Source of the DNA: a bacterium
GTDB lineage: Bacteria; JAHJDO01
Reading direction: 5' to 3'
Length of the DNA: 64,000 nt
Assembly (NCBI GenBank): GCA_043824255.1
Contig: JBDRTG010000027.1
Span: 89,670-153,669 of the forward strand
The notes beneath the pieces are model-generated. The model was not told the DNA's origin and searched no databases. It saw only the letters and a list, made by a program, of their open reading frames with translations. Shown here in pieces: positions 1 to 10,992 of the stretch (the stretch's first letter is position 1; each line of letters begins with the position of its first letter). A program made the position numbers and the translations under genes.

Positions 1-864
1 CTGAAAGATCCAAAAAGACCTGTTGGCTCATTTATTTTTCTGGGACCTACAGGAGTAGGAAAAACGGAGCTTGCAAAGACACTGGCAGAGTTTTTATTTG
101 GTGATAGAGATGCTCTTATACGTCTTGATATGTCAGAGTACATGGAGAAATTTGCTGTATCAAGACTTATTGGAGCTCCTCCAGGATATGTGGGTTATGA
201 GGAAGGTGGGTTGCTTACTGAAAAGGTAAGAAGACGGCCATACTCTGTGGTTCTTCTTGATGAGATAGAAAAGGCGCATCCTGATGTTTTTAATATACTC
301 TTGCAGGTATTTGACGATGGCAGGTTGACAGACAGTTTGAACCATACTGTGGATTTTAGAAATACAGTATTAATTATGACATCAAACATTGGTACACGTG
401 ATATAAAGCGCGGATCTTTGGGGTTTCGCTCTTCAGATGCGAAACTGACGTATGAGGAAACCAAGTCCAAGCTTATGAGCGAAGTTAAACAGGTGTTCAG
501 ACCCGAATTTATTAATAGATTGGACGAAGTAATAGTGTTTCATGAACTCACTAAAGATGAACTAAAAAAGATAGTGGATTTGATGTTAAGCGATGTATAT
601 TCACGTCTCGAATCAGATAGGATAAAATTGCATATTACTTCTCAGGTGAAGGATTTTCTTATTGAAAAAGGCTATGACCCTGTTTATGGAGCAAGACCTC
701 TTCAAAGGGCTATACAGCGTTATATTGAAGACCCTCTCTCTGAAGAAATATTAAGGAGAAAAATTTCCAAAGGCTCTATAATAGAGGTTGTTCAAAAGGG
801 GGATAAATTAGATTTTAGTATAAAAAGGCAAAAAGCTGTTAACAACACAAGGAGCAGAGGATAA
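1..864 (+). CDS. clpC: ATP-dependent Clp protease ATPase subunit ClpC/ClpB family, C-terminal part (5' end outside window)
   Basis: Frame open from base 1: [25 protein letters not shown] (Walker A of second AAA domain), [61 protein letters not shown]. Confidence 0.93.
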   Translation: MKDPKRPVGSFIFLGPTGVGKTELAKTLAEFLFGDRDALIRLDMSEYMEKFAVSRLIGAPPGYVGYEEGGLLTEKVRRRPYSVVLLDEIEKAHPDVFNILLQVFDDGRLTDSLNHTVDFRNTVLIMTSNIGTRDIKRGSLGFRSSDAKLTYEETKSKLMSEVKQVFRPEFINRLDEVIVFHELTKDELKKIVDLMLSDVYSRLESDRIKLHITSQVKDFLIEKGYDPVYGARPLQRAIQRYIEDPLSEEILRRKISKGSIIEVVQKGDKLDFSIKRQKAVNNTRSRG

Positions 865-3170
865 TGGCAAAAAAACGTTACGTAAGTATTTTTCTCTTTC
901 TCTTTATTTCCTTTCTCACACTCTGCGTCTCTGAGGTATGTGCTGAGCAGGCTCCTAAGGATGTAAAAAAAGTGACCAAAGTAAGTGTGAAAGGGAATAG
1001 CAGAATAAGCACTTCCACTATTCTGAGCAGAATAGAAACCAAGGAAGGAATGCCGTTTTTGCAGGAAGTAGTGAGCGCGGATATTGAAAGGCTGTATGAG
1101 CTTGGACATTTTCAGGATATAACTGTAGATGCTTCTGAGTTTCTTGGAGGGCTGAACATTACTTTTGCTGTTCAGGAGAGACCTGCTATTGAGAAAATTG
1201 TGATATCTGGCAATAAAAAATTAAAGCTAAAAAAGATAAAAAGAATTATGTCTATTGTCATGGGAGATACATATAATGAGAAACGTCTAAAGAGAAACGA
1301 GGAATCTATATATGAACTGTACAAAAACGACGGATATTATGCAGCTATCGTTAGTCATACTGTTGAGGAGAAGGAGCTCGGCAAAGTTGTTGTCAATATC
1401 AAGATAAAAGAGGGGAAGAAAGTAAGGATAAAAAAGATTATTTTTGATGGAAATAGCCATTTCAGTAACTGGAAGCTAAAGAGACAAATGATAACGAAAA
1501 AAACCAGACTAAAATGGTTCCCAAAGGGATATTATGACCCTGATAAATTAAAAGAAGATATAAAGCGGCTTAAACTTTATTACGACAAAGCCGGGTATAT
1601 AAAAGCTGAGATAGAAGAAGCAGACATAACCTTTAATGAGGCAAGAACTAAGATGTATATAAGAATTCCTATTAGTGAAAATAATAGGTATTTCACAAAC
1701 AAAATCATTGTAGCTGGCAATAAGAGTTTCCCTCCTCAGGAGATTATAAATATGCTGGATATGAAAAAAGGCGATGCTTTTAGTGAATATGGAGTTTCTA
1801 AGGATATTTATAATATACGAATGTTTTACGGAGAGAGAGGATATATAGACGCTTATGTGAATCCAGAAACACAGATTAATGATAAAGATAAAACAGTTGA
1901 TGCAGTGTATAATATATACGAAGGGAGTATTAACTATGTTCGCCGTATTATTATTAATGGGAATCTGGAAACAAAGGACAAGGTTATTCGCAGAGAAGTA
2001 AGAATAAAGCCAGGAGAAAAGTTTGATACAAAAAAGGTTAAGCGAAGCAGGGAAAGGTTAATGAATCTAGGTTATTTCTCAATGGTAAATTTTTCTGATG
2101 AGAAAGCAGAAGAAATAAATGTCAGGGACTTGATTTGTGATGTAGAAGAAAAAAAGACAGGCAGTTTCTCCTTTGGCGGCGGATACAGCACAGTGGAGAA
2201 TGCCATAGGATTTATAGAGCTTAGACAGAGTAATTTCGATATCAAGAACTTTCCGAGTTTTTCAGGCGGGGGCCAGTATGCCAGTATCCGGGCTGATATA
2301 AGCGCAAGACGGCAGAATTTTGTCCTGAGCTTTACAGAGCCGTGGTTTATGGATAAGCCTCTTTCCGCAGGGTTTGATCTATACAATAAAACCTATTATC
2401 AGGAAGAATGGACAGAAACTAAAACTGGCGGGGATATAAGAGTTGGACGCTCCATTACAGAATATACACGAGGCTCTCTTACATATAAATGCGAGAATGT
2501 AGATGTGGGCGACTTAACAGATGATGCTCCTGATGTAGTAGCGGATGATGAAGGATCAGCAACTATCAGCAGTATAACAGCCAAGATAAAAAATGATCAC
2601 AGAGATAATATTTTTGATCCGACTAAAGGTTATCTAAATGTAGTGTCTGTAGAGTGTGCTGGCGGTCCTTTTCTCGGAGATAAGGATTTTTATAAAGTAA
2701 CAGGCAGCACAAGCAAGTATTTTCCTTTAACTAAAAAGTCTGTGTTCAATATTCGTTTTAGAGCGGGAGTGGTTGACAATTATGGAAGCACGAAGCGAGT
2801 ACCAGTTTATGAACGATTCTATATAGGAGGACCAAGCACAGTTCGAGGATATGATTACAGCAGTATAGGCCCTAAAGACGATGATGTTAATGTTGGTGGA
2901 AATTCGATGTTAGTTGGTAATCTGGAGTACTCATATCTTTTGGTAGACACAACAGATACTCCAACCAAAAGTCCTATGAAGATCAGAGGTTTGGTATTCT
3001 ATGATGCTGGAAACGCATGGAGAAGCTCAGGCGGTTTCTCAGGTTCACTAAAAACAAGCATAGGAACCGGTATAAGAATACTTATACCTATACCTGTTAC
3101 ATTATTTTATGGATATGGGATAGATAGGCATAAAGGCAGATTTGACATTTCCATATCTTATAGTTTCTAG
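864..3170 (+). CDS. bamA: Outer membrane protein assembly factor BamA
   Basis: Signal peptide, POTRA-like repeats (I.I.GN...), ERFYIGGPSTVRGY loop-6 motif, C-terminal aromatic YSF; followed by skp and lpx genes. Confidence 0.95.
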   Translation: MAKKRYVSIFLFLFISFLTLCVSEVCAEQAPKDVKKVTKVSVKGNSRISTSTILSRIETKEGMPFLQEVVSADIERLYELGHFQDITVDASEFLGGLNITFAVQERPAIEKIVISGNKKLKLKKIKRIMSIVMGDTYNEKRLKRNEESIYELYKNDGYYAAIVSHTVEEKELGKVVVNIKIKEGKKVRIKKIIFDGNSHFSNWKLKRQMITKKTRLKWFPKGYYDPDKLKEDIKRLKLYYDKAGYIKAEIEEADITFNEARTKMYIRIPISENNRYFTNKIIVAGNKSFPPQEIINMLDMKKGDAFSEYGVSKDIYNIRMFYGERGYIDAYVNPETQINDKDKTVDAVYNIYEGSINYVRRIIINGNLETKDKVIRREVRIKPGEKFDTKKVKRSRERLMNLGYFSMVNFSDEKAEEINVRDLICDVEEKKTGSFSFGGGYSTVENAIGFIELRQSNFDIKNFPSFSGGGQYASIRADISARRQNFVLSFTEPWFMDKPLSAGFDLYNKTYYQEEWTETKTGGDIRVGRSITEYTRGSLTYKCENVDVGDLTDDAPDVVADDEGSATISSITAKIKNDHRDNIFDPTKGYLNVVSVECAGGPFLGDKDFYKVTGSTSKYFPLTKKSVFNIRFRAGVVDNYGSTKRVPVYERFYIGGPSTVRGYDYSSIGPKDDDVNVGGNSMLVGNLEYSYLLVDTTDTPTKSPMKIRGLVFYDAGNAWRSSGGFSGSLKTSIGTGIRILIPIPVTLFYGYGIDRHKGRFDISISYSF

Positions 3171-3181
3171 GAGAAGTGTAA

Positions 3182-3709
3182 ATGCAACATATTAAATATT
3201 TGCTAATTTTTTTATTTTTGTTTTGTATTCTGTCTTCAACCTGTCATGCAGCAGATGAGTTAAAGATAGGGTATGTAAATTTCTCTGTGCTGTTTGAAGA
3301 TTACTATAAGACCAAGAAAGCAGAGGCAGAGTTGAAGACAGAAGCGGATAAGAGAGAAGAGAGGATAAAAGAAATTCGAGAGGAGATTAATAATATTCAG
3401 AAGAAGCGGGGATCGGGTGTGTTAAAGCAAGAGGAAAAAGATAAACAGAAAGGAGTTCTTGAACAAAAAGCTCTTCAATTGAATAGAGTTATTAGAGAAA
3501 GCAAAAGAGAACTGGAGGTTAAGAGAGAAAAAGCCATTAGGGAAATTATAAAGGACATAGAGGCTGTGATCAGAGAATATTCAGAAAAAAGTGGATATAC
3601 TCTGGTAATGGGGAATCGTGATCTATTATATGTGGATAAAAAATTGGACATTACAAAGCATATAGAAGATTTATTGAAGAAAAAAGAAATAAAGGAAAGC
3701 AGAAAATGA
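3182..3709 (+). CDS. skp: OmpH/Skp periplasmic chaperone
   Basis: Signal peptide, KIGYVN start, long coiled coil, C-terminal [11 protein letters not shown]; directly after bamA. Confidence 0.9.
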   Translation: MQHIKYLLIFLFLFCILSSTCHAADELKIGYVNFSVLFEDYYKTKKAEAELKTEADKREERIKEIREEINNIQKKRGSGVLKQEEKDKQKGVLEQKALQLNRVIRESKRELEVKREKAIREIIKDIEAVIREYSEKSGYTLVMGNRDLLYVDKKLDITKHIEDLLKKKEIKESRK

Positions 3710-5007
3710 CAAAAGGGAAGATTATGCAATTACAGACAACAATAAGCAATGAAGCGAGTTGCGAAGGTATTGGCTTGCATACAGGAAATGAAACCACAAT
3801 TTATTTTAAACCTGCAGATGAAAATACAGGTATAAAATTTATAAGAGCAGATTTACCAGAAAGGCCAACAGTTAAAGCGGATATTAGTGGAGTTGTTGAT
3901 ACAGCCAGAGGGACTTCTCTGGGTAAAAGCGATATAAAAGTGCATACTGTAGAGCATGTACTGGCAGCAGCAGCAGGTTTAGGGATTGATAATATGTTGG
4001 TTGAACTCAGCAGCAATGAGCCTCCTGTAGTTGATGGAAGCGCTTTGCCATTTATAGAGGCGCTGGAAGGGGCAAAGCTTGTGCAGCAAAAAGCGCCTAA
4101 GAAGTTTTTTGAAGTAAAAGAGCCTGTCTGGGTTTCAGAAAATGGTTCTTCTTTGGTTGCTTTGCCATCAAAAGATTTTCGAATCTCATTTACTATTGAC
4201 TACAACCATCCTGTGCTTAATTCCCAATTCGCCTCAGTTATAATTACCCCGGAATCTTTTAAGGGGGAAATAGCCTCTGCAAGAACATTCTGTTTTCTGG
4301 AAGAGGTGGAGATGTTGCAAAAAGAAGGGCTCATAAAAGGTGGTAGTTTAGAGAATGCTGTTGTTATAGGGGACGAAGCTCTTCTTAACGATAAATTGAG
4401 GTTTGAAAACGAGTTTGTTATGCATAAGATACTTGATTTAATAGGCGATCTGTATTTGCTTGGACAGCCCCTGAAAGCACATGTTATTGCAATAAAGAGC
4501 GGTCATTCCTTAAATATAGAGCTGGTTAAAAGACTTAAAAAAATGGGAGGGCTGGTGGATGACGATGATACGGAGACAAAAACTAGTTTAGACATAGATG
4601 AGATAAAAAAGATTCTTCCGCATAGATATCCATTTTTACTTATTGACAGGATAACAAAGATTGAAGGAGATAAAAAGGTAGTAGGGATTAAGAATGTTAC
4701 TGCAAACGAAAGTTTTTTTCAGGGGCACTTTCCAGACTATCCAATAATGCCTGGCGTACTAATTGTTGAGGCAATGGCGCAGGTAGGCGGGATTCTGTTA
4801 TTGAGAAAGAAAGAGAATAGAGGAAAGACGCCATTTTTTGCTAAGATGGATAATGTCAAATTAAGACGACCTGTCAGACCAGGAGATCAACTTGTTATAG
4901 AGGTTGAGGTAATTAAGGCAAAGAGCAGAGTTGGAAGGATAATGGCAAAGGCTTCTGTTAATGGGGAAATAGTATGCGAAGCGGAATTAACATCAATCAT
5001 ACAATAA
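3706..5007 (+). CDS. lpxC: Bifunctional LpxC (UDP-3-O-acyl-GlcNAc deacetylase) / FabZ (3-hydroxyacyl-ACP dehydratase)
   Basis: [25 protein letters not shown] (LpxC Zn motifs) fused to [31 protein letters not shown] (FabZ). Confidence 0.96.
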   Translation: MTKGKIMQLQTTISNEASCEGIGLHTGNETTIYFKPADENTGIKFIRADLPERPTVKADISGVVDTARGTSLGKSDIKVHTVEHVLAAAAGLGIDNMLVELSSNEPPVVDGSALPFIEALEGAKLVQQKAPKKFFEVKEPVWVSENGSSLVALPSKDFRISFTIDYNHPVLNSQFASVIITPESFKGEIASARTFCFLEEVEMLQKEGLIKGGSLENAVVIGDEALLNDKLRFENEFVMHKILDLIGDLYLLGQPLKAHVIAIKSGHSLNIELVKRLKKMGGLVDDDDTETKTSLDIDEIKKILPHRYPFLLIDRITKIEGDKKVVGIKNVTANESFFQGHFPDYPIMPGVLIVEAMAQVGGILLLRKKENRGKTPFFAKMDNVKLRRPVRPGDQLVIEVEVIKAKSRVGRIMAKASVNGEIVCEAELTSIIQ

Positions 5008-5020
5008 AGGATAATAGAAA

Positions 5021-5791
5021 ATGACAATCCATAATACAGCAGTCATTTCTCCAAGCGCTAAGATTTCCAAAGGTGTAAAAATCGGGCCATGGAGCGTTAT
5101 AGGAGAAAATGTTGAAATAGGGAAAAACACAGAGATTGGCTCTAATGTTGTAATAGATGGCTGGACAACCATAGGGGAAAACAATAAGATATCTCCAGGG
5201 GCAGTTATTGGAACAGCTCCACAGGATATAAAATATACGGGTAAACGCACATATGTTAGAATAGGGAACGGCAATATCATAAGAGAATATGTTACGATTA
5301 ACAGAGCAACAGAGACAGAGACAGAAACAGTAGTAGGGGATAACAATTTTCTTATGGCATATACACATGTGGCTCATAATTGCAGAGTAGGGAACAGTGT
5401 TATAATGGTTAATTTTTCAGCATTATCAGGACATAGCGTACTGGAGGATGGATGTGTGCTGGCCGGTGTGGTAGGCATTCATCAAGGTGCAAGGGTTGGT
5501 AAATTTGCTATGGTAGGAGGATTATCCAAGGTGGTCAAGGATATTCCTCCATTTGCAAGGGCAGATGGCCATCCTACAAGGATATATGGACTGAATACTA
5601 TAGGATTAACCAGAAAAAACATCCCTGCTCCAGTTATAGAAAAACTTAAAAAGGCTTATAAAATCTTATTTAGATCCGGCATGAATACTAGTCAGGCTAT
5701 AAAAAAAATTGAGGAAGAGATTCCCTTAATAGATGAGATACAATATCTTATAAATTTTATTAGAGCATCTGATAGAGGTATATGTAAATGA
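5021..5791 (+). CDS. lpxA: Acyl-ACP--UDP-GlcNAc O-acyltransferase
   Basis: Hexapeptide repeats, PQDIKY, IREYVTINRAT, HVAHNC, GLNTIGL. Confidence 0.96.
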   Translation: MTIHNTAVISPSAKISKGVKIGPWSVIGENVEIGKNTEIGSNVVIDGWTTIGENNKISPGAVIGTAPQDIKYTGKRTYVRIGNGNIIREYVTINRATETETETVVGDNNFLMAYTHVAHNCRVGNSVIMVNFSALSGHSVLEDGCVLAGVVGIHQGARVGKFAMVGGLSKVVKDIPPFARADGHPTRIYGLNTIGLTRKNIPAPVIEKLKKAYKILFRSGMNTSQAIKKIEEEIPLIDEIQYLINFIRASDRGICK

Positions 5792-6606
5792 AGGATGTAA
5801 TAACTAGTTCTAGGATTGGCTTGATCTCTGGGAAAGGAAAGTTTCCCATTATTTTAGCGCAAGAAGCTAGGAGAAGGGGCATGAAGGTAGTTGCTATTGC
5901 ATTAAAAGAGGCAACAAATGCTGAGTTGGAAAACTATGTAGATAAAATATATTGGATCAGTATTGGAGAGATGGAAAAAGGTTTAGATATTTTAGTCAAA
6001 GAAGAGTTAAAAGAAGTTTTTATGGTAGGGAAGGTAGAAAAGAGCCTGCTGTTTAAAAATATTTCAAGAGACGGTATGATATCTAGTCTTATTAAATCTG
6101 CAGCTGATAAATTAGATAATACACTGCTAAAGGCAATATCAAATAAACTGGCTGAATTAGATATAGAGTTGCTGGATTCTACTATACTTATTAGGCCTCT
6201 TATACCTCAAAGAGGCATCCTTACAGAAAGAAAGCCTACACAAGAAGAAGTGGATGATATTAGTTTTGGGCAGAGAATAGCCAAATCGATCGCAGCGCTC
6301 TATATAGGACAAACAGTTATTGTAAAGGATAAAGCTGTCCTGGCAGTGGAGTCAATAGAGGGTACAGACCAGACAATTAAACGAGCTGGCATGTATTGTA
6401 AAAAGGGCATAGTTATGGTTAAAGTCAGCTGGCCTGATCAGGATATGCGTCTTGATGTTCCTACAATTGGTACTGATACAATCAAACTTTTAAAAGAGGC
6501 CAATGCATCTGCAATAGCTATAGAAGCGCAGAAAACTATCGTTCTAGATATAGAAGAATCTGTTAATATGGCAAACCGCGCTGGAATCTGCATTGTTGCG
6601 TTCTAA
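5788..6606 (+). CDS. lpxI: UDP-2,3-diacylglucosamine diphosphatase LpxI
   Basis: IGLISGKGKFP, IGQTVIV, AVESIEGTD, QDMRLDVPTIG; follows lpxA. Confidence 0.92.
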   Translation: MKDVITSSRIGLISGKGKFPIILAQEARRRGMKVVAIALKEATNAELENYVDKIYWISIGEMEKGLDILVKEELKEVFMVGKVEKSLLFKNISRDGMISSLIKSAADKLDNTLLKAISNKLAELDIELLDSTILIRPLIPQRGILTERKPTQEEVDDISFGQRIAKSIAALYIGQTVIVKDKAVLAVESIEGTDQTIKRAGMYCKKGIVMVKVSWPDQDMRLDVPTIGTDTIKLLKEANASAIAIEAQKTIVLDIEESVNMANRAGICIVAF

Positions 6607-8093
6607 TGTGTTAAAGCATAAGCAATAATATTTGTAGCAAGTTTTATACTGTCCGGATGTTTTATCCCAAGCCTGATGGGATAGGATACAACGTTCTGCC
6701 ATCCCCACGCCAAATCGTATTTGCTGTAAACCAGCACAATATTCCCTCCTATACTGATTCCTTCAAGAGATGGCGAATCTGATGCATTAATCAGGCGAAC
6801 ATGATCTGTATATTTAACTGATTTAATATCATGTATAGTGCTATAAATAGGATGAGTTGTGGAAATCTGTGTTAATTTTTTATCAGGGAATATATTTTTA
6901 ATATAGTGCCTAAAGGATGTGTCAAATACTTTCATCCCTGCTCTATTATCAACAAGCAGAAAGCCTCCTCTGGTTAAATATTTTCTGAGATTGCTACACT
7001 CCTGATCTGAAAGAACAAATTCTCCATGACCAGTCATATATAAAAATGGATATGTAAACAGATTGGAATTTGTTAATGTTATTTCTTTTGGACGCAAACT
7101 TACTTCACATGATGTGCTATTGGCAAGTTCTCTCAGCAGATTGGAGAGACGGGATAAAGAAGGGTCCCAGTATCCACTGTGTTTGATTTGAGCAATAAAG
7201 AATTCGGACGATTCTTTTTCTTTAGGAGATTTATAGAGGCGCTGAACACTTAGATATTCTCCAACAGGATAGAAGCTTAAGATGTAAGCAATGATGTTAT
7301 CCCCCATTTTTAGAGAATCTGAGATAGAATATCTTTTCCCATAATTATGAGTGTGGCCAGACCATCCACAGCTAAGATCATATATGGATAGAAATAACGC
7401 TGTGCGTGAGCCAATATCAATTCCATAGAGAACTGGCTCTGAATAAAAATATTTTTTATCAATCTTCATACGCTCTTTCTCTATAGTATGAAGCGTCCTA
7501 TAAACAGGATGATCAAGTGGTAATTTATATAGAGGTCGATCAGGAAACATTTCTCCAATCAGCTTGGTAAAAGACTGTCTGATTTCGTCTCTTCCACAAC
7601 AGCAGTCACAAATCAGCGTGCCACCGCTCTCCAGATATCTGCGTATTGATATGAGCTCTTTTTTATCAAATGAAAATGAAAGGTGTCCTGTAATATAGAG
7701 AATTGGACAATCCTTTGGACTGATTACAGGATTTTTTTGAACATAGGAGGAGAGAGAGAGCCGTGAAGTTTTATACTGGACATTAAGTGTTTTTTTTATA
7801 TGTCCTAAGAGCCCATAGTCATCGCTCCAGTCGCTGAGCCATTGCTTATTTACGCCATATTCGATTTTTACAAGAAGCACAGGCGGAGAAGGAGGGCGTT
7901 TTTTTTCCGTTCTGCGTAAAGGAGCAACAGGTAACGGTAAAGGAGGAAAGGATTCTCCTCCTGCGCGTCTATGAGCCTTTGCTTTAGGAGGAGGACCGCA
8001 CACATCCAGAACTTTTTCTTCCTGCGCTAATGAATAAGAAAAACAAAATACTAAGAGAATATTAAAAATTATGAATTGGAATTTTTTTATCAT
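6603..8093 (-). CDS. Exported protein with two tandem DUF4159-like domains
   Basis: Signal peptide from MIKKFQ (ATG 8093); twice the pattern PxLYxTGH...LRxYL..GG.L..D...FPD..L.....HPxY...GI.IG...YDL..GW. Confidence 0.75.
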   Translation of the reverse strand: MIKKFQFIIFNILLVFCFSYSLAQEEKVLDVCGPPPKAKAHRRAGGESFPPLPLPVAPLRRTEKKRPPSPPVLLVKIEYGVNKQWLSDWSDDYGLLGHIKKTLNVQYKTSRLSLSSYVQKNPVISPKDCPILYITGHLSFSFDKKELISIRRYLESGGTLICDCCCGRDEIRQSFTKLIGEMFPDRPLYKLPLDHPVYRTLHTIEKERMKIDKKYFYSEPVLYGIDIGSRTALFLSIYDLSCGWSGHTHNYGKRYSISDSLKMGDNIIAYILSFYPVGEYLSVQRLYKSPKEKESSEFFIAQIKHSGYWDPSLSRLSNLLRELANSTSCEVSLRPKEITLTNSNLFTYPFLYMTGHGEFVLSDQECSNLRKYLTRGGFLLVDNRAGMKVFDTSFRHYIKNIFPDKKLTQISTTHPIYSTIHDIKSVKYTDHVRLINASDSPSLEGISIGGNIVLVYSKYDLAWGWQNVVSYPIRLGIKHPDSIKLATNIIAYALTH

Positions 8094-8207
8094 ATTAAAC
8101 CTCTTCCATGCATTATACACAAAATCTTAATAAATAAAACTTCCCATTGTCTTATATCATTAAAATATGATACAATTCCCTTTATTGAAATGTGAGTATA
8201 AAAAATA

Positions 8208-8837
8208 TTGAATCCTACAATTTTATTACTAATTTTTGTTTTGCTTTTTGCAGTTATAACACATGAAGTTGCCCATGGCTGGGTTGCCTATAAGTGTGGA
8301 GATCCTACTGCCCGGGATATGGGAAGACTTACGCTTAATCCCCTGCCCCACATAGATCTATTTATGACGATAATAGTTCCTTTTTTAATATATCAGATGT
8401 CAGGGTTTATATTTGGAGGGGCAAAACCAGTTCCCATTAATCCTAATAATTTCAGGCATCCTAAAGGAGACATGATTCTCGTGTCTCTTGCCGGATGTGT
8501 GTCGAATTTTATAACAGCGATTTTTTTTGCACTTCTTATAAGATTGGGGATTGCGGGAATACTGCCGGCTTTTACTACGCTGTGTATGTATGGTGTGCTG
8601 ATAAATATTCTTTTGGGGGTGTTTAATCTTATCCCAATACCTCCGTTGGATGGTTCAAAAGTGTTAATGTCAGTTCTACCGCACAGACAGATGATGACTT
8701 ACTTAAAATTTGAGCGGTTTGGATTTATTTTGATAATGCTATTCGTTTTTTCTGGGATGTTTGGCTTTGTTGTTAGATATATCGTCTTGCCATTAGGATA
8801 TTTTATGACTGGTGGATTAATTAATAGGATATTATAG
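8208..8837 (+). CDS. Site-2 (M50) intramembrane metalloprotease
   Basis: HEVAHG, GDPTA..GRLTLNPLPH, FNLIPIPPLDGSK; typical neighbour of trpS. Confidence 0.92.
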   Translation: MNPTILLLIFVLLFAVITHEVAHGWVAYKCGDPTARDMGRLTLNPLPHIDLFMTIIVPFLIYQMSGFIFGGAKPVPINPNNFRHPKGDMILVSLAGCVSNFITAIFFALLIRLGIAGILPAFTTLCMYGVLINILLGVFNLIPIPPLDGSKVLMSVLPHRQMMTYLKFERFGFILIMLFVFSGMFGFVVRYIVLPLGYFMTGGLINRIL

Positions 8838-8873
8838 GAATGATAGAAATAGAGATGAAACGGAAATGCGAAT

Positions 8874-9884
8874 ATGTCTAACAAGGTAAAAAAGAGAATT
8901 TTAACAGGTGATAGACCGACAGGACAGTTACACATTGGACATCTTCTAGGCGCCCTGCAAGATCGTGTAGCACTTCAGGATGAATATGATACCTTTGTAA
9001 TAATTGCTGATGTACAGGCGTTGACTGACAATTTTAAAGATCCCCAAAAAGTGCGAAGCAACGTTTTTGAGGTTGCAATTGATAACCTTGCTGTTGGTAT
9101 GGACCCAGACAAGTCAATCATTTTTATTCAATCTCTAATCCCTGAAATAGCAGAACTGACTGTTTTTTATTCTAATCTAGTTACAATTGCCAGATTAGAG
9201 AGAAATCCGACAGTTAGAGAGGAGATTAAACAAAAAAAGGATTTATTTGGCGATAGTGTAACATTTGGGTTCTTGGGATATCCAATTAGTCAGGCGGCAG
9301 ACATTACTGCGTTTCAGGCTGATTTGGTACCGGTAGGCGATGATCAGTTACCTCAAATTGAGTTAACGAGAGAAATTGTTAGGAAATTCAACCAAATTTA
9401 TGGGCAAACACTAAAGGAGCCGGAACCTAGAATAGGGCGGTTTCCCAGGGTTAAAGGATTAGATGGGAATAAAATGAGCAAGAGCTTGAATAATGCTATA
9501 TATCTAGCTGATTCTCCGGAAATAATTGAAAGAAAAGTTCTCTCAGCAATAACTGATACAGAGAAGATTCGTCTTAAGGATAAAGGGCATCCGGATATCT
9601 GTACAGTATATCATTATCATGAAATGTTTGGTGCTGAAAAATTAGAGATAATTAGAAAAGAGTGTAAAAAGGGAGATAGAGGTTGTGTTCAATGTAAAAA
9701 ACAATTAGCTCAAGATATAATTAAAAAATTGTCCCCTATTCGGGAAAAAAGATTATACTATCAAGAGAGAAGAAAACTAGTTGAAGAAATTTTGTATGAG
9801 GGAACTAAAAAAGCGAGGCGAGTTGCGCAAGCTACTATGTCAGAGGTTAGGAAAGCAATGAAACTATACAGCGGAGGCTTTTAA
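8874..9884 (+). CDS. trpS: Tryptophan--tRNA ligase
   Basis: TGDRPTGQLHIGH, YPISQAADI, VPVGDDQ, KMSKS. Confidence 0.97.
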   Translation: MSNKVKKRILTGDRPTGQLHIGHLLGALQDRVALQDEYDTFVIIADVQALTDNFKDPQKVRSNVFEVAIDNLAVGMDPDKSIIFIQSLIPEIAELTVFYSNLVTIARLERNPTVREEIKQKKDLFGDSVTFGFLGYPISQAADITAFQADLVPVGDDQLPQIELTREIVRKFNQIYGQTLKEPEPRIGRFPRVKGLDGNKMSKSLNNAIYLADSPEIIERKVLSAITDTEKIRLKDKGHPDICTVYHYHEMFGAEKLEIIRKECKKGDRGCVQCKKQLAQDIIKKLSPIREKRLYYQERRKLVEEILYEGTKKARRVAQATMSEVRKAMKLYSGGF

Positions 9885-10952
9885 ATGGGTATTAATAAAT
9901 TGAGAAAAATGATAGATGAAGCGGATGAGGGGATTTTAAACCTATTGAATCAAAGAGCAAAAACAGCAGTAGCTATTGGTAAGGAAAAGCAGAAAAAGCG
10001 ATTAAAAACACACGATAAGCTTCGTGAAGAGAAGATTCTCGAAAAACTTGTTTTGAGAAATGAAGGCCCCTTATCAAAAAAAATGATTATTGCTGTATAT
10101 CGTGAAATACTATCTGTATGTCGCAGCTTGCAGTCCTCTATTAAAGTAGCATATTTGGGGCCAAAAGCTTCTAATGCCTATCTTGCTGCAAGGAAGAGAT
10201 TTGGAGCATCTGTTGATTTTGTTCCTGTTAGTACTATTTTTGATGTTTTTAGAGAAGTTGAAAAAGACAAGGTGCATTTTGGTCTTGTTCCTGTTGAAAA
10301 CTCCACAGAGGGAATGGTTTCCTATACATTAGACATGTTTTTTAGCTCTGAGCTTAAGATATCTGGAGAAGTTAGTTTGCCTATTACTCATAATTTATTA
10401 GCAAAAGGTTCTAAAAAGGAAATTAAACGTGTGTATTCTCATCCGCAGGCTCTAGCGCAGTGTAGAACATGGGTAAAGAATAATCTATCCTCTGTTCAAT
10501 TCATAGAAATATCCAGCACTGCGGAGGCCGCAAAGTTAGCATCTCAGTCAAAACAGAATGGGGCAATAGCCAATGAACTTGCTGCTGAAGTGTACGATTT
10601 AAACATACTAGAGCAGCATATTGAAGATTTAGAAACTAATTTAACGCGTTTTCTGGTTATTAGTAAGGATCTTAGTGAAAAATGCAAGCATATGAAGACC
10701 TCTATCATGTTCTTTGTAAAAGATGAGCCCGGGTCACTCTATAATATACTCGAAATTTTTAAAAGACGTAATATTAATTTAACAAAGATTGAATCACGGC
10801 CGTCCAAGCAGAAAGCGTGGGAGTATATCTTCTTTATTGACTGCGAAGGGTACTGGAAGGATAAAGAGATAGAACTTGCACTAAAAGAATTAGAAAAAAA
10901 GTGTATTTCTTTGAAAGTGCTGGGTTCATATCCTGTTGACACTACTGTGTAA
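9885..10952 (+). CDS. pheA: Chorismate mutase / prephenate dehydratase (P-protein)
   Basis: N-terminal LRKMIDEAD CM domain, VPVENSTEG, SHPQALAQC, NLTRF, NLTKIESRP (ACT domain). Confidence 0.96.
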   Translation: MGINKLRKMIDEADEGILNLLNQRAKTAVAIGKEKQKKRLKTHDKLREEKILEKLVLRNEGPLSKKMIIAVYREILSVCRSLQSSIKVAYLGPKASNAYLAARKRFGASVDFVPVSTIFDVFREVEKDKVHFGLVPVENSTEGMVSYTLDMFFSSELKISGEVSLPITHNLLAKGSKKEIKRVYSHPQALAQCRTWVKNNLSSVQFIEISSTAEAAKLASQSKQNGAIANELAAEVYDLNILEQHIEDLETNLTRFLVISKDLSEKCKHMKTSIMFFVKDEPGSLYNILEIFKRRNINLTKIESRPSKQKAWEYIFFIDCEGYWKDKEIELALKELEKKCISLKVLGSYPVDTTV

Positions 10953-10992
10953 ATCTGCTAAAAAGCGAATACTTCTATAAGGGAAAACACAC

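Noticed and set aside
3706..5007. LpxC-FabZ fusion as a novelty
   Set aside because: Well known in Bacteroidota, Chlorobiota and other diderm phyla
5309..5330. ACAGAG tandem repeat in lpxA (TETETE)
   Set aside because: Only about three in-frame units in a variable loop; no sign of phase variation
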